Part shown: piece after piece, positions 49,967-60,453 of the stretch
How the letters are laid out: each line of letters opens with the position of its first letter
Numbering within the stretch: position 1 is the first letter of the stretch
Origin: Longimicrobiales bacterium
GTDB taxonomy: Bacteria; Gemmatimonadota; Gemmatimonadetes; Longimicrobiales; Gaopeijiaceae
Direction of reading: 5' to 3'
DNA length: 64,000 bases
NCBI GenBank assembly: GCA_965238005.1
Contig: OZ250165.1
Location: 1,216,001-1,280,000 of the forward strand
Position numbers and translations under genes: made by a program
The notes under the pieces: generated by a model
Seen by the model: the letters and a program-made list of their open reading frames with translations, nothing else
What the model was told of the DNA's origin: nothing
Databases searched by the model: none

Positions 49967-51311
49967 TGGAGCTGTCCCGTTTCAGTGGACGGGTGAACAC
50001 TGAGGTTTATAGTCTGTCCCCCTCGCTGGGGAGAGGAAAGCTTCCCCCGCGCAGCGGGGGAGTAAAGGGCAACTTGGCCACGCAGGTTTCTCATGCTGCC
50101 GCTCCGTGGCGACGCTCGAAGTTGATGGGCGACAGCTGACCCAGTGCCGAGTGTCGCCTCCGGGGGTTGTAGAAGCCCTCGATGAAGTCGAACACGGCCA
50201 TCTTCGCCTCGGCCTGGGTCCGGAAGCGCTGCCGGTCGAGTAGCTCGCACTCGAGCGTCGCGAAGAAGCTCTCGCACATCGCGTTGTCGTAGGCGTCGCC
50301 CACGGAGCCCATCGAGGGCCGCACACCGACATCGTTGCAGCGTAGGCCGAAGGCGATCGAGGTGTACTGGGTTCCCTGATCACTGTGATGGATGACGCAT
50401 TCGGGCCGGCGCTGCCAGGTCGCCATGTTCAGCGCGTCCAGGACGAGCTCGGTGCGCAGGTGCGTAGCCATCGACCACCCGACCACCCGCCTGCTCCAGA
50501 CGTCGAGCACAACCGCGAGGTACAAGAACCCCGCCCAGGTCGGGATGTAGGTGATGTCGGCCACCCACAACTGGTCTGGCCCGTCTGCGCTGAAGTCCCG
50601 CTCGATGAGATCCGGCGCGGGACGGGCGTCCTCGTTGCGCCTGGTCGTCTTCGGGCCGCGCCGCCTCCGGCTAGCTCCCACAATCTCGGCCTGCTTCATG
50701 AGCCGGCCCACCCGCTTCTCACCGACCCGCTCGCCAGCTTCCTTGAGGTCCGCGTAGATGCGGGGCCGGCCATAGACCCTTCGGTTCTCGCGCCAGACCG
50801 TCTCGATCCGCTCTGTGAGCTCCTCATCTCGCTTCGCCCGAGCCGAAGGCTCGCGATCCAACCAGGCGTAGTAGCCGCTGGGGGAGAGATCCAGCACACG
50901 GCACATCGCCCGCACAGGGAAGTCGGCCTGATTCGTCTTCATGAACTCGAACCCCGTTCCGGGATCGAGTTGCTCTCCCGAGCAAACCAGGCGGCGGCTT
51001 TTTTTAGAATCTCCTGCTCCATGCGCAGACGCTTGTTGTCACGCCGAAGCTGCCTGAGTTCCCCACGCTCCTCCGTCGTCAGCCCGTCACTGCGACGGCC
51101 TTCATCCAAGTCAGCTTGTTTGACCCAGTTCCGTATCGCCCCGTTTGAGGGCTCGAACTCCCGGGCCAGCTCCTCCACGGAGCGGCCCGACCTGACCAAC
51201 TCGACCATCTGCCGCCGAAACTCCGGCGGGTACGGCGCATGTGTTCTTGGCATCGTGGACTCCTCCTGTCTCCCTCACTACTGAGGTGTCCACCAAAGCG
51301 GGTCAACTCCA
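49967..51311 (-). mobile_element. IS3-family element, copy 2 (inverted relative to copy 1, no TSD)
   Basis: Same length, ends and ORF translations as copy 1 (orfA 50939-51253, orfB 50091-50942); flanks CTT / GGC differ. Confidence 0.97.
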
Positions 51312-51525
51312 GGCCTTTCAGCCGTTCAAGGTGGATTTCCTGCTCCAGGACGTGCACATCAAGGTCGGCGACTGTGTTGCTGATGGGCAGGTAGTACATG
51401 GCGATGGCGTCAACCTCATCCTGAACTCTTCCCACCAGTCGAGTAGAAAACACTGCCACCACCACCATTAAAACCAACACGCCCAAAACGATGCCAAAGA
51501 TTTTTAACCCGACGGGAAATCTCAT
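51312..51525 (-). pseudogene. N-terminus of a membrane sensor (TM plus four-helix-type periplasmic domain), truncated by IS3
   Basis: MRFPVGLKIFGIVLGVLVLMVVVAVFS...YYLPISNTVADLDVHVLEQE. Confidence 0.65.
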
Positions 51526-51652
51526 ATCGATGACCTCCTGAGCTGTGACCCTAGCCGAGCCTTAAGAAAGCGTCAAGTTAGGCCTGGTCCGATGTGATGT
51601 CCTGCCGCTCGTCTGCCCGGGGCACCGCGCGAAGCGTGGTCGCGGTGCTTCC

Positions 51653-51845
51653 ATGAGCATCATCGCCTTCATTAGGGATCCCGTTCCCGTTCGCTCCATT
51701 CTGTCCTATCTCGATCTCCCCACCCGATCCCCTCCACTGTCTCCCGCTCGGGCCCCGCGGGCACCACGCAAAGCGTGGTCGGGCATCTTCGAGTTCGATC
51801 AGACCGGCGGGTTCGACCCCACCGATCCGGAACCCATTCCCGACC
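51653..51845 (+). mobile_element. C-terminal remnant of IS91/Y2-type transposase
   Basis: MSIIAFIRDPVPVRSILSYLDLP...PPLSPARAP...FEFDQT..FDPTDPEPIPD tail pattern. Confidence 0.65.
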
Positions 51846-51859
51846 ACGCTTCGCCGTTC

Positions 51860-52080
51860 ATCTCGACGGAGTGTGCAGCGACCCGGAACCACGGGTCCGG
51901 TTTCGCGCCTTCGGCCCCTCGGGGCTCGAGTTGGAGCTTCTAGGCTGGATTGAGGAGCCCGTCCTCCGCGGCCGCATAACCGACGCGCTCAACACCGAGG
52001 TGTATCGCCGTTTCAACCAGGAGGGAATCGAGATCCCCTACCTGAAGCAGGACGTGTACATAAAGGAGATGCCTCGGTAG
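51860..52080 (+). pseudogene. C-terminal fragment of MscS mechanosensitive channel
   Basis: DPEPRVRFRAFGPSGLELELLGW...FNQEGIEIPY. Confidence 0.8.
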
Positions 52081-52351
52081 AGCCTCCTCGAGTCCTTTTC
52101 TCCCAAGAAGACCTTCAACGGGAACAGCCGCGTGGACTACAAGGATCAGGAAGCCATCGTGGCCATACGCTATCGAGCATGAGCTGGGTGAAGGCCCGTT
52201 TGCGCAAAAGCGGCGCGTCATCTACGATCAGAGCTTGAACAAATGGGGCCTTCCGGTCCCGCCGCCGCTGTAGACGCCCCGTAGGACGCCCGCCCGACGA
52301 CGAGACCTCTAGGCCGCTTGTCACGAGGGCTCAGGAATGAACCGACGGGAC

Positions 52352-53071
52352 ATGCGAGAGCAGAAACTCAGGCGGAGGACGTTGGTCGCACCGGCGGTTG
52401 TGTGCCTCGTAGCTTTGGTCTCGCCGCCACACTCTGCTGCGCAGCAGGACCAGGCGAACACCCCGATCACGCGCCCCGTAATTTCCGAGGACGTCATCCC
52501 GCTCCAAGCGATCGCCCCCAAGCGCTATTTCTTCCCCCAGGCCAACAGGGACGCGATCATCGTCGACGAGCGCTACAACGGCGGCGGATACATGGCCGAC
52601 TACTACATCGACATCCTGCGCCGGCCTTACGCCTCCCACTGGAACACCCGATACGGCAACGACCTCAAGACCCCCATCGCGTCGATCCAGGGTCCCAAGG
52701 TGATGCTCATCGACGAGAACGCCGGCTCGGGCGGGGACATGCTCCCGTGGATGTTCCGGAAATTCGGCCTGGGAAAGCTCATCGGGAAGCGGACCTGGGG
52801 TGGTCTCGTGGGGACCCTGGGCTTCCCCATGCTCCTGGACGGTGGCGTGATCAGCGCCCCGAACTTCGCCATCTGGGTGGAGGACCAAGGCTGGATCATA
52901 GAGAACGTGGGGGTGCCGCCGGACATCGAGGTAGAGCAGTACCCGGCGGACGTGTTCGCCGGCCGGGACCCGCAGCTCGAGCGGGCCATCGAGGAGATCA
53001 TGAAGGAGCTGGAGGCGAACCCGCCCCCCAAACCGACGCCGCCGCCCTATCCGGTGCGGGTAAGAAGATAG
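52352..53071 (+). pseudogene. Signal peptide fused in frame to the C-terminal S41 domain of a tricorn-type protease
   Basis: DERYNGGG, ENAGSGGD, GKRTWGG, ENVGVPPDIEV, DPQLERA; propeller and PDZ domains absent. Confidence 0.8.
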
Positions 53072-53316
53072 CCCGGGCTCCGGGATAGGCGTCGCGAATC
53101 CACCGTCCGCTCAACAGCTAGACGACCTAGGACGCTACCGACTTCCATCTGAAGCATCCGACGCTCGAGGGTTGAGCAGGAGAGCAATTGTCCAAGGGAT
53201 AAAGGTTTCAAAGGCTCTTTCCGAGTCCGGCGCCCTCCTTGAGCGAGCCGAGACACCCCAAGAACCTCCTCTTGCGAGGCCGTTTCCAGCCTAGATCAAA
53301 AATTAAGGAGCTGAAC

Positions 53317-55146
53317 ATGAACCGGAGACAATCCCAAGTACTAATGGTTTCCCTTTCACTTGCCTGGGTGATCAGCATCCCTATTGCAGGAGGATGTTCA
53401 CAGACCCACGCAGCCGCTCCACAGGCTGTTTCAGTCGAGGTGGGCGTCAAGATCCCGATACGAGATGGTATCAACCTGGCTGCAACAATCTACAGACCGA
53501 AAGATACGCAAACGCGTTTACCGGTTATCCTGCACTTCACTCCGTATATCGCTGACCGCTTTTCAGATCGCGCCCTCTATTTCGCGAGGCGAGACTATGT
53601 CGTCGCGACCGTGGACGTCCGTGGGCGCGGTAACTCCGAAGGGGAATTCGAACCATTCGTGAATGAGGGGCGTGACGGATATGATGTTGTGGAATGGCTA
53701 GCCAGCCAACCATGGTCGAACGGAAAGGTGACCATGATAGGAGGATCCTACACAGGTTGGGACCAGTGGAGTGTAATCAAAGAGTTCCCGCCACATCTGG
53801 AGACTATCGTTCCAGCAGTCTCCGTTTTTCCAGGAATGGAAGGAGTGCCCATGAATCGAAACATATATCTTTCGTATATTATGAGCTGGCTGACTACAAC
53901 CGGCGGAGCCAGCGCTGGACCTACTTTCGACGACGAATTCCATATCGAAAAAAGGTATGAGATGTATAGAAAACATCTTCCCTTCAATACACTCGACCAA
54001 ATCTATGGGAACACATCGACAGCGTTCCAGACTTGGGTCGCGCACCCTGCTATGGATGCTTATTGGGACGCGATGAGTCCTTCCATCGAGGATTATGCCC
54101 GGATCGACAAGCCGATCCTTACGATCACCGGACACTATGACGCTGACCAGACAGGAGCAATGGGTCACTACCGGTTCCATATGCAGCACGCTTCGCCGGA
54201 GGCCCGGGAGAAACACTATCTCATCATCGGCCCTTGGGATCACGGAGGTTCACAACGATCCAAGAGCGAGAATGCAGGTTTGACGTTCGGTGAGGCCTCT
54301 CTCATTGACAATAACAAGTTGCATAAGGAATGGTACGACTGGACCATGAAAGATGGCAACAAGCCCGAGTTTCTACAAAAGCGCGTCGCCTATTACGTCA
54401 TGGGCGCGGAGGCATGGAAGTATGCCGATAGTCTCAAGGCGATCCCGACTACACCTGTGAAGCTGTATCTCGATTCCGGCGAGGAGGGCGCAAACGATGT
54501 CTTTGGCTCCGGTACGCTAAGCGAGAGCCGGCCGAGAATGGCGACCTCGGACGAGTATACGTACGACCCGCTCGACACTCGCCCGGGAGAAGTAGAAGTG
54601 AGGCTTGGACGGGAGCCAGGCTCTTATAACATCATGGGGACGAGTGCCAAGAGCCAGCGCTATGCCTTGAACCTCTTCGGAAATGGCCTTGTTTACCATA
54701 GTGAACCTTTTCCTGAGGACACTGAGATCACAGGATATGTAGAGCTTGTTGCTTGGATCGCCATGGATGTTCCGGATACAGACTTCATGGTGACTCTCCA
54801 TGAAATCATGCCGGACGGAACAAGCATACAGCTGACGGATGACGCCCTGCGTGCGAGATACCGGGAATCTCCTCGGAAGGAGAAGCTGGTGACACCCGGC
54901 GCAATTACACGCTATGAGTTCAAGCAATTCTGGTTCTTCTCCCGACAGATCGCCGAAGGAAGCCGGTTGCGGCTTGTCTTCTGGTCTCCAAACTCTATTC
55001 ATCTGGAAAAGAATTACAACAGTGGAGGGGTGGTTGCTGAGGAATCCGGGAAAGACGCCCGGACCGCCCATATCACCCTGTATCATGACTCCGAGCACCC
55101 GAGCTATATAGAGATTCCGGTGGCGAAGTCTGAAAGAGAGGAATAG
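53317..55146 (+). CDS. CocE/NonD (peptidase S15) hydrolase
   Basis: RDGINLAATIYRP, DVRGRGNSEG, GGSYTG, IGPWDH, PepX C-terminal domain; visibly AT-richer codon usage. Confidence 0.93.
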   Translation: MNRRQSQVLMVSLSLAWVISIPIAGGCSQTHAAAPQAVSVEVGVKIPIRDGINLAATIYRPKDTQTRLPVILHFTPYIADRFSDRALYFARRDYVVATVDVRGRGNSEGEFEPFVNEGRDGYDVVEWLASQPWSNGKVTMIGGSYTGWDQWSVIKEFPPHLETIVPAVSVFPGMEGVPMNRNIYLSYIMSWLTTTGGASAGPTFDDEFHIEKRYEMYRKHLPFNTLDQIYGNTSTAFQTWVAHPAMDAYWDAMSPSIEDYARIDKPILTITGHYDADQTGAMGHYRFHMQHASPEAREKHYLIIGPWDHGGSQRSKSENAGLTFGEASLIDNNKLHKEWYDWTMKDGNKPEFLQKRVAYYVMGAEAWKYADSLKAIPTTPVKLYLDSGEEGANDVFGSGTLSESRPRMATSDEYTYDPLDTRPGEVEVRLGREPGSYNIMGTSAKSQRYALNLFGNGLVYHSEPFPEDTEITGYVELVAWIAMDVPDTDFMVTLHEIMPDGTSIQLTDDALRARYRESPRKEKLVTPGAITRYEFKQFWFFSRQIAEGSRLRLVFWSPNSIHLEKNYNSGGVVAEESGKDARTAHITLYHDSEHPSYIEIPVAKSEREE

Positions 55147-55147
55147 C

Positions 55148-55500
55148 ATGAGGACACGTTGTCTTCTAGTTCTGTTTGTGGTTTCTCTAACGCCTTGCCT
55201 CTTCTCATCACAAGAGGAAGGATAAGAGGCGAATGTGGTGGCGCTCATAGGTGGAACTTTGATAGATGGAACCGGCGCTACACCGCTCCCGAGCACAACG
55301 GTCCTTATCGAGGGAGAGAAGATTGGGGCCGTCGGTCCCTTGGGTAGAGTGACGGTTCCCGAGGGAGCTGAGAGAATAGATGTTTCCGGAAAATGGATCC
55401 TGCCCGGGTTCATCGATGCCCACATGCACCTCACCTATCCTGGCGATACGAGGCAGCATTTCACACAAACAAACAGCTTGGCCACTCTTAGAGCGGTCCA
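55148..55500 (+). pseudogene. Amidohydrolase N-terminal fragment with internal TAA (55223-55225)
   Basis: GGTLIDGTG...IDVSGKWILPGFIDAHMH, ends about 20 codons later. Confidence 0.85.
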
Positions 55501-56215
55501 TAAATGGGAGTGCATGTCGATGAACCCCGGGATGATGGTCTTACCCTGTAAGTCGACAACGCGGTCGGCACCTGCGGTGTCGCATTCTCCCACGCACGTG
55601 ATCCGGCCGTCCCGTACGAGGAGCGTCCCGGATTCGATGACCTCGCGGTTCTCCAGTGTCACCAGGCGAGCACCCTGCAGGGCGACGGTTCCGCGCGCCT
55701 GATCACGCGGGATCGACAGGCGGATGTCAACGGTATCCGTCTCCTCCGAATCGAGGTGGTGCGCGAAGTAGCGGGGACCGCTCCCGAACTCGACGGTGCT
55801 CGTGTTGCGCCACCGAGGGAAGAGCCCTCCCTCTTTACTGAGCTGCTTAACCGGAAGCTTCGGGTTCTTCCTATCCACGCGCACCTTCCCTCCCACTCCC
55901 GCCCGCGGGGAGCGGAACCACGTAGATATTGTCGCCTTCGTTGAACGCCACCCATTTCCCATCGGGGGACGGAACCACCTCGTCCGCGTAGGGGAACGTG
56001 AGGTGCTCCAGGCGGTCACCGCCATCCCTGCGCACCGACACAAGCGTGGTGCGCTGAACGCGGGCGTCGCGGGCGTCCGCAAGGCTGGTCACGTCGAAAT
56101 AGAAGATCCGGCCGTCGAGCCCGTGCCACGCTGCTTCCACGCCGGGCACGGGCTCGTCCGTCTGGATGATGCGGGCGACGCCCGTGCCCAAGTGCGGTGG
56201 CTCAAGGCGATGGGG
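55497..56215 (-). pseudogene. Internal fragment of a PD40-propeller/amidohydrolase fusion protein, frameshift at ~55907
   Basis: VVPSPDGKWVAF, ALQGARLVT, VVDLQGKTIIPGFIDMHSH. Confidence 0.82.
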
Positions 56216-56249
56216 GGCGACGATCCGTCGGATCCGTTCGGGGGGGCGA

Positions 56250-56425
56250 CTTATGGCGGACGAAAGCTTGAGGGGAAGATGGGTGAACAACAAGCGCACC
56301 GTCGCGGAGGCCTATCGCCACGGCGTTCGCCTCCTGACGGGGACCGACGCCGGCGGTGGTTACCCGGTTCCAGGGGTCGGTCTTCACTGGGAGTTGGAGT
56401 TCTTCGCCGAGGCGGGCATCCCCCG
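56250..56425 (+). pseudogene. Internal fragment of an amidohydrolase C-terminal region
   Basis: GVRLLTGTDAGG..PGVGLHWELEFFAEAGIP. Confidence 0.78.
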
Positions 56426-56517
56426 CTCGACATCCTACGCTGCTCGGTTGGACGCCTCGTCAGGCCACCGTGGACCACGTCGCTCACGCGCCCGACAGCG
56501 AAGTTCGCCGGATAGAC

Positions 56518-56802
56518 CTACCCTCCGTCTGCCTTCCGGAGGTAGCGCTCAGCGAGCTGTACCCGGCGCTCGTCACCCTGTTGGCGAGCCTCGTCGAGGA
56601 TCGCTCGGATGTCGGGAACGAGCTCCGGCTGTCCCCACCGGTATCCCGTGGCACGCTCTGCGCTCTTCGTGTTGCCCTGGTTGGCACCCTCGATGAGGGC
56701 CCGGGCCGCCGCTTCGTTGAAGTACGGTGAGTCCGGATCCGGAAGCCCGTAGCGTGGCTCCGGATCCGGATTCGCGTCCTCTTTGACGAACGCTCTAGAC
56801 AT
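56518..56802 (-). CDS. Small hypothetical protein starting MSRAFVKED
   Basis: 94-aa ORF with typical codon usage. Confidence 0.65.
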   Translation of the reverse strand: MSRAFVKEDANPDPEPRYGLPDPDSPYFNEAAARALIEGANQGNTKSAERATGYRWGQPELVPDIRAILDEARQQGDERRVQLAERYLRKADGG

Positions 56803-56827
56803 GGTCTGCAAGATACTTCCGGGGGCG

Positions 56828-57310
56828 CTACTCCCGATACGCCCACCCGCCCACCAGGGCCATCGCGTCCACCTCGACCAGACCCCATAACGCCATGATC
56901 ACGTTGCCCCGCACCTCCTGGGCCCGGTCGGCGAAGACCTCCCAATCGCGATGGGTGAGCTCCACGGTGGTGCCCTCGCCGTCGGCCGTGAACCAAACCT
57001 CGACGCTTTGCGCCGTGGATGGGTCTCGATCCAGGTGCCACGTGAATGCCACGTACTCGGACGGCTGCCACGCTGTCACCGTGCCCCAGAGGCACGTTTT
57101 CCCGTCCACGTCCGTTTCGTAGAGCCGGCCGCCTTCTCGACCCTCCATCGTCACCGTCTGTGCTCGCTCACCACTCAGGGAGCGGGTCTCGACCGGCCAC
57201 CAGGTCCCCGTCTCATCCGTGAAGCGGCGGAACGCCGTCTCGGGGGACCAGGAGACCGTGACCGACCTGACGATAGGCTCCATCCCGGCCCGGGTCTGCT
57301 CAGCGTTCAT
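56828..57310 (-). CDS. SRPBCC/AHSA1 domain protein (C-terminus possibly chimeric)
   Basis: AFRRFTDETGTWWP, WGTVTAWQP, VEVWF..GTTVELTHRDW. Confidence 0.85.
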   Translation of the reverse strand: MNAEQTRAGMEPIVRSVTVSWSPETAFRRFTDETGTWWPVETRSLSGERAQTVTMEGREGGRLYETDVDGKTCLWGTVTAWQPSEYVAFTWHLDRDPSTAQSVEVWFTADGEGTTVELTHRDWEVFADRAQEVRGNVIMALWGLVEVDAMALVGGWAYRE

Positions 57311-57632
57311 GCCTCTTCCTCCTCCTATTCAGGTTGATCTCGGGTGTGTTGCCCGATGCTTCGAATGCGGCGAGCACGTCGCCCCAGAACGATTCCACAT
57401 AGCAGCGCAGCTCCTGCAGCCCTTCCTGGCTCACTCGGTAGCTGTGACGCGTGCCGTCCCTGCGGAGGTCCACGAGGCGGGCCTCCCGGAGCACCTTCAG
57501 ATGCTGCGACACAGCCGGCTGGCTGATGGGAAGCGCCCTGGCTAGCTCCCCCACCGACTGTGGTCCTCGCCTCAACCGCTCGAATACCTCGCGACGGGAC
57601 GGATCCGCAAGCGCCTGCAGAACTGTTTCATA
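57300..57632 (-). pseudogene. ArsR-family regulator lacking an obvious start codon
   Basis: YETVLQALADPSRREVFERL...SQPAVSQHLKVLREARLV; 5' end runs into the thioesterase stop. Confidence 0.75.
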
Positions 57633-58050
57633 ACGAGCGGTAGAAAGGCTCCTGAAGCGCCGCGTCGAGGCGGCGAGGCCGCATGGATCGAGCGTTCAAC
57701 GGGCAGTAGACGCTCTTCGCTCGGGCCAACAGTTGGCCGTCGGCCTCCCGGACGATCTCGGTGTGGCGGTCCCAGGTCGTGGGCGTGGCGTCGCCGACCC
57801 AGGTTCGGGCGATGATCTCTTCTCCGAGATAGGCCGGTCGCTCGTAGTCGATCTCGTGCCGAAGGACGACCCAAACGGTCTCCGCACTCTGCTCCGGACT
57901 CGCGACACTCAGCCAGTGATCCGTGGCCACGTCCTGGATCCAAGACAAGTACACCACGTTGTTCACGTGACCGAGACCGTCGATGTGCTCCTTGCCCACG
58001 TGGAGCTTCAACTCGTGCGGTCGCGACCGCCGCTCGGGCCCCTGAGACAT
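57628..58050 (-). CDS. Acyl-CoA thioesterase (4HBT/YbgC hot-dog fold)
   Basis: IDGLGHVNNVVYLSW, VVLRHEIDYERPA. Confidence 0.92.
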   Translation of the reverse strand: MSQGPERRSRPHELKLHVGKEHIDGLGHVNNVVYLSWIQDVATDHWLSVASPEQSAETVWVVLRHEIDYERPAYLGEEIIARTWVGDATPTTWDRHTEIVREADGQLLARAKSVYCPLNARSMRPRRLDAALQEPFYRSL

Positions 58051-58189
58051 GGCCTCGAAGATGCCGGGTCGTTGAGAGGAGTGGCAAGAAGTGCGTTGCC
58101 CGCGACGAAGGTCGTCTCCCCTACTCCACGTCCCCCATCACCTTCTTTATAGCGGGGTTCAAGAGGAGCGCGACGATGCCCGAGGTGCC

Positions 58190-58353
58190 GACGATGCGGC
58201 GACGCCCTCCATGAGTCCGATCACTGGGAGGCGCAGGCTCAGCACGTTGGCCGGGAACAGCGGCAGAAGGTGGACGAGCATCTCGCTCGCGATGTCGCGC
58301 AGGAGGCTCGTCAGCGACAGAACCCAAACGTTGCGTAGTAGGCGGGAAGGCAT
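58190..58353 (-). pseudogene. N-terminal fragment of an MFS transporter, diverged homologue of 60454-61686
   Basis: RNVWVLSLTSLLRDIASEMLVHLLPLF..NVLS...VIGLMEGVA. Confidence 0.88.
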
Positions 58354-58430
58354 GGAGCAAGCTATGCGCCCTTGCCAAGGGCAAGAAGAACCCCGAGATA
58401 GAGAGTTCCGCCCACAGACCTAGAGCGGTC

Positions 58431-60143
58431 TTGAGCGCGACTTCCGAGTACTCGGCTGGAGCTCAGATGATCGACCAAAAGACGTTCTTCGGGCAGCCGA
58501 GAGGGCTGGCCACGCTGTTCTTCACCGAGATGTGGGAGCGCTTCTCGTACTACGGAATGCGTGCGCTCCTGGTTCTGTTCATGGTCGCGGCGGTCGACAC
58601 GGCCAATCCCGGTCTGGGCTTCGGCGACAGTACGTCTGGCGCCATCTACGGGCTGTACACTTCGATGGTGTACCTGTTCACGCTGCCCGGTGGGTGGGTC
58701 GCCGACAACCTGTGGGGACAGCGAAAGGCTGTCTTCCGCGGCGGCGTGATCATCGCGATGGGCCACTTCACGCTCGCGGCGCCCCTCGTCGGCGCGCCCG
58801 ACGTGCCGTCGTTCTTCCTGGGCCTGCTCTTCATCGTCATCGGCACCGGGCTGCTCAAGCCGAACGTCAGCACGATGGTCGGCGACCTCTATCCGAAGTT
58901 GGCCGACGACGCGACCGACCATGACCGCAAGGTGTGGGGCGCGAATCGTGACGCGGCCTTTTCGATCTTCTACATGGGCATCAACATCGGGGCGATGCTG
59001 GGGCCGTTCGTCTGCAGCACGCTCGGCGAGCTGGTCAACTGGCACTGGGGCTTCTCGGCGGCAGGGTTCGGCATGGTGCTCGGGCTGATCCAATACCGGA
59101 GGGGCGACAAGTACCTGGGCGAAGCCGGCCTGTTCAGGCCGGATGCCCCCGAGGACGAGATCGATCGACGCCGGCGGATCTTCTACCTCTCGGCCGGCGC
59201 CGTCGCGGCGGTGGCAGCCCTCGTGGTCTTCTTGCTGGTGACCGGCGCGCTCGGCATGACGATCGTGGACTTTGCCACATGGATCGCCTACAGCATCGTG
59301 CTGCTGTCGATCCTGTTTTTCGCGTATCTCATCTTCGGTACCTGGTGGGCGACACTCCTGCTGATCCTGTTCACAGTCCTGAGCGCAGCTCTGGTGCCCG
59401 GCATGGGCATCGATGGAGGACAATGGGCCGCTGTCGGCACGCTCGGCACCTTCATCGTGATGTGTGTCGGGCTGCTCAGCTTCCGGGGCGACACGGTCAC
59501 GACCGACCAGAAGCGCCTTATGGTCATCTACTGGCTGTTCCTGCTGGCAGCCGTCTTCTGGGCTGGATTCGAACAGGCCGGCTCGTCGATGAACCTGTTT
59601 GCCGAACGTGACACGGACCGTGTCCTCTTCGGCTGGGAGATACCCACCGGGTGGCTCCAGAACGTGAACCCGTTCTTCATCATCGTGCTGGCGCCGGTCT
59701 TCGGCTCTTTGTGGACCTGGCTCGCGTATCGCGACAGGAACCCGTCGACGCCGCGGAAGTTCGCGCTTGGCCTGATGGGCCTGGCGGCGGGCTTGCTCGT
59801 TTTGGCTTGGGGCGCGTCGTTCGCGTCTGACGGAAACCGTGTGTCGATGGCCTGGCTCGTCGTCACCTATTTCCTCTTCACGTGCGGAGAGCTCGCGCTG
59901 TCGCCTATCGGACTCTCGGCGATGACCAAGCTTGCGCCGCACGGCCGGCTGGGACAGATGATGGGCGTCTGGTTCATCGCCGCGGCGCTGGGCAACCTGG
60001 TGGCTGGACTTGTGGCCGCGCAGCTCGAAACTCTTGCGCCTGTGACGATCTTCATGAACACCGCGATCTTCGCCGGTGCAACGGGCCTGCTTGCCCTCCT
60101 GGTCAGCCCGAGCGTGAATAAGCTGATGGACGGCGTGGAGTAG
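58431..60143 (+). CDS. POT/PTR family di/tripeptide:H+ symporter (DtpT-like)
   Basis: FFTEMWERFSYYG (ExxERF), GGWVAD, GTGLLKPN, FYMGINIGA, GELALSPIGLS. Confidence 0.95.
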   Translation: MSATSEYSAGAQMIDQKTFFGQPRGLATLFFTEMWERFSYYGMRALLVLFMVAAVDTANPGLGFGDSTSGAIYGLYTSMVYLFTLPGGWVADNLWGQRKAVFRGGVIIAMGHFTLAAPLVGAPDVPSFFLGLLFIVIGTGLLKPNVSTMVGDLYPKLADDATDHDRKVWGANRDAAFSIFYMGINIGAMLGPFVCSTLGELVNWHWGFSAAGFGMVLGLIQYRRGDKYLGEAGLFRPDAPEDEIDRRRRIFYLSAGAVAAVAALVVFLLVTGALGMTIVDFATWIAYSIVLLSILFFAYLIFGTWWATLLLILFTVLSAALVPGMGIDGGQWAAVGTLGTFIVMCVGLLSFRGDTVTTDQKRLMVIYWLFLLAAVFWAGFEQAGSSMNLFAERDTDRVLFGWEIPTGWLQNVNPFFIIVLAPVFGSLWTWLAYRDRNPSTPRKFALGLMGLAAGLLVLAWGASFASDGNRVSMAWLVVTYFLFTCGELALSPIGLSAMTKLAPHGRLGQMMGVWFIAAALGNLVAGLVAAQLETLAPVTIFMNTAIFAGATGLLALLVSPSVNKLMDGVE

Positions 60144-60220
60144 CCCCTGAACTCCACTCGATTCGGGATCGGAAAGACGGAAGCCAGCGACCGGTGAGCG
60201 ACTCCCGCTACCCGATTCCG

Positions 60221-60376
60221 GAGCTCCCACATCTCCGTGAAGAAGAGGGTGGCCAGCCTCCGCAGCTGTCCGAAGAAGGCGTGGTCCTGGCTCGTGGTCG
60301 GAGCTCCCGGGGCTGCGTACGCGGATGTGGTGCTCAAGACCGCTCCAGTGCTACGCGTGAGGCTTCTTGTCTCCAT
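60221..60376 (-). pseudogene. N-terminal fragment of a POT transporter, diverged homologue of 58431-60143
   Basis: LSTTSAYAAPG...FFGQLRRLATLFFTEMWE then breaks. Confidence 0.88.
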
Positions 60377-60453
60377 ACAATACGTCACTTGAACCTTTCT
60401 ATCTCGGGTTTCTTCTCGCGAGTGGCAAGGGGGGGTAGCTTGATCACCAGCGC

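Noticed and set aside
38196..51311. Composite transposon or inverted segment bounded by the two IS3 copies
   Set aside because: Copy 1 has its own TSD and its target gene continues directly behind it, and the outer flanks do not match; these are independent insertions
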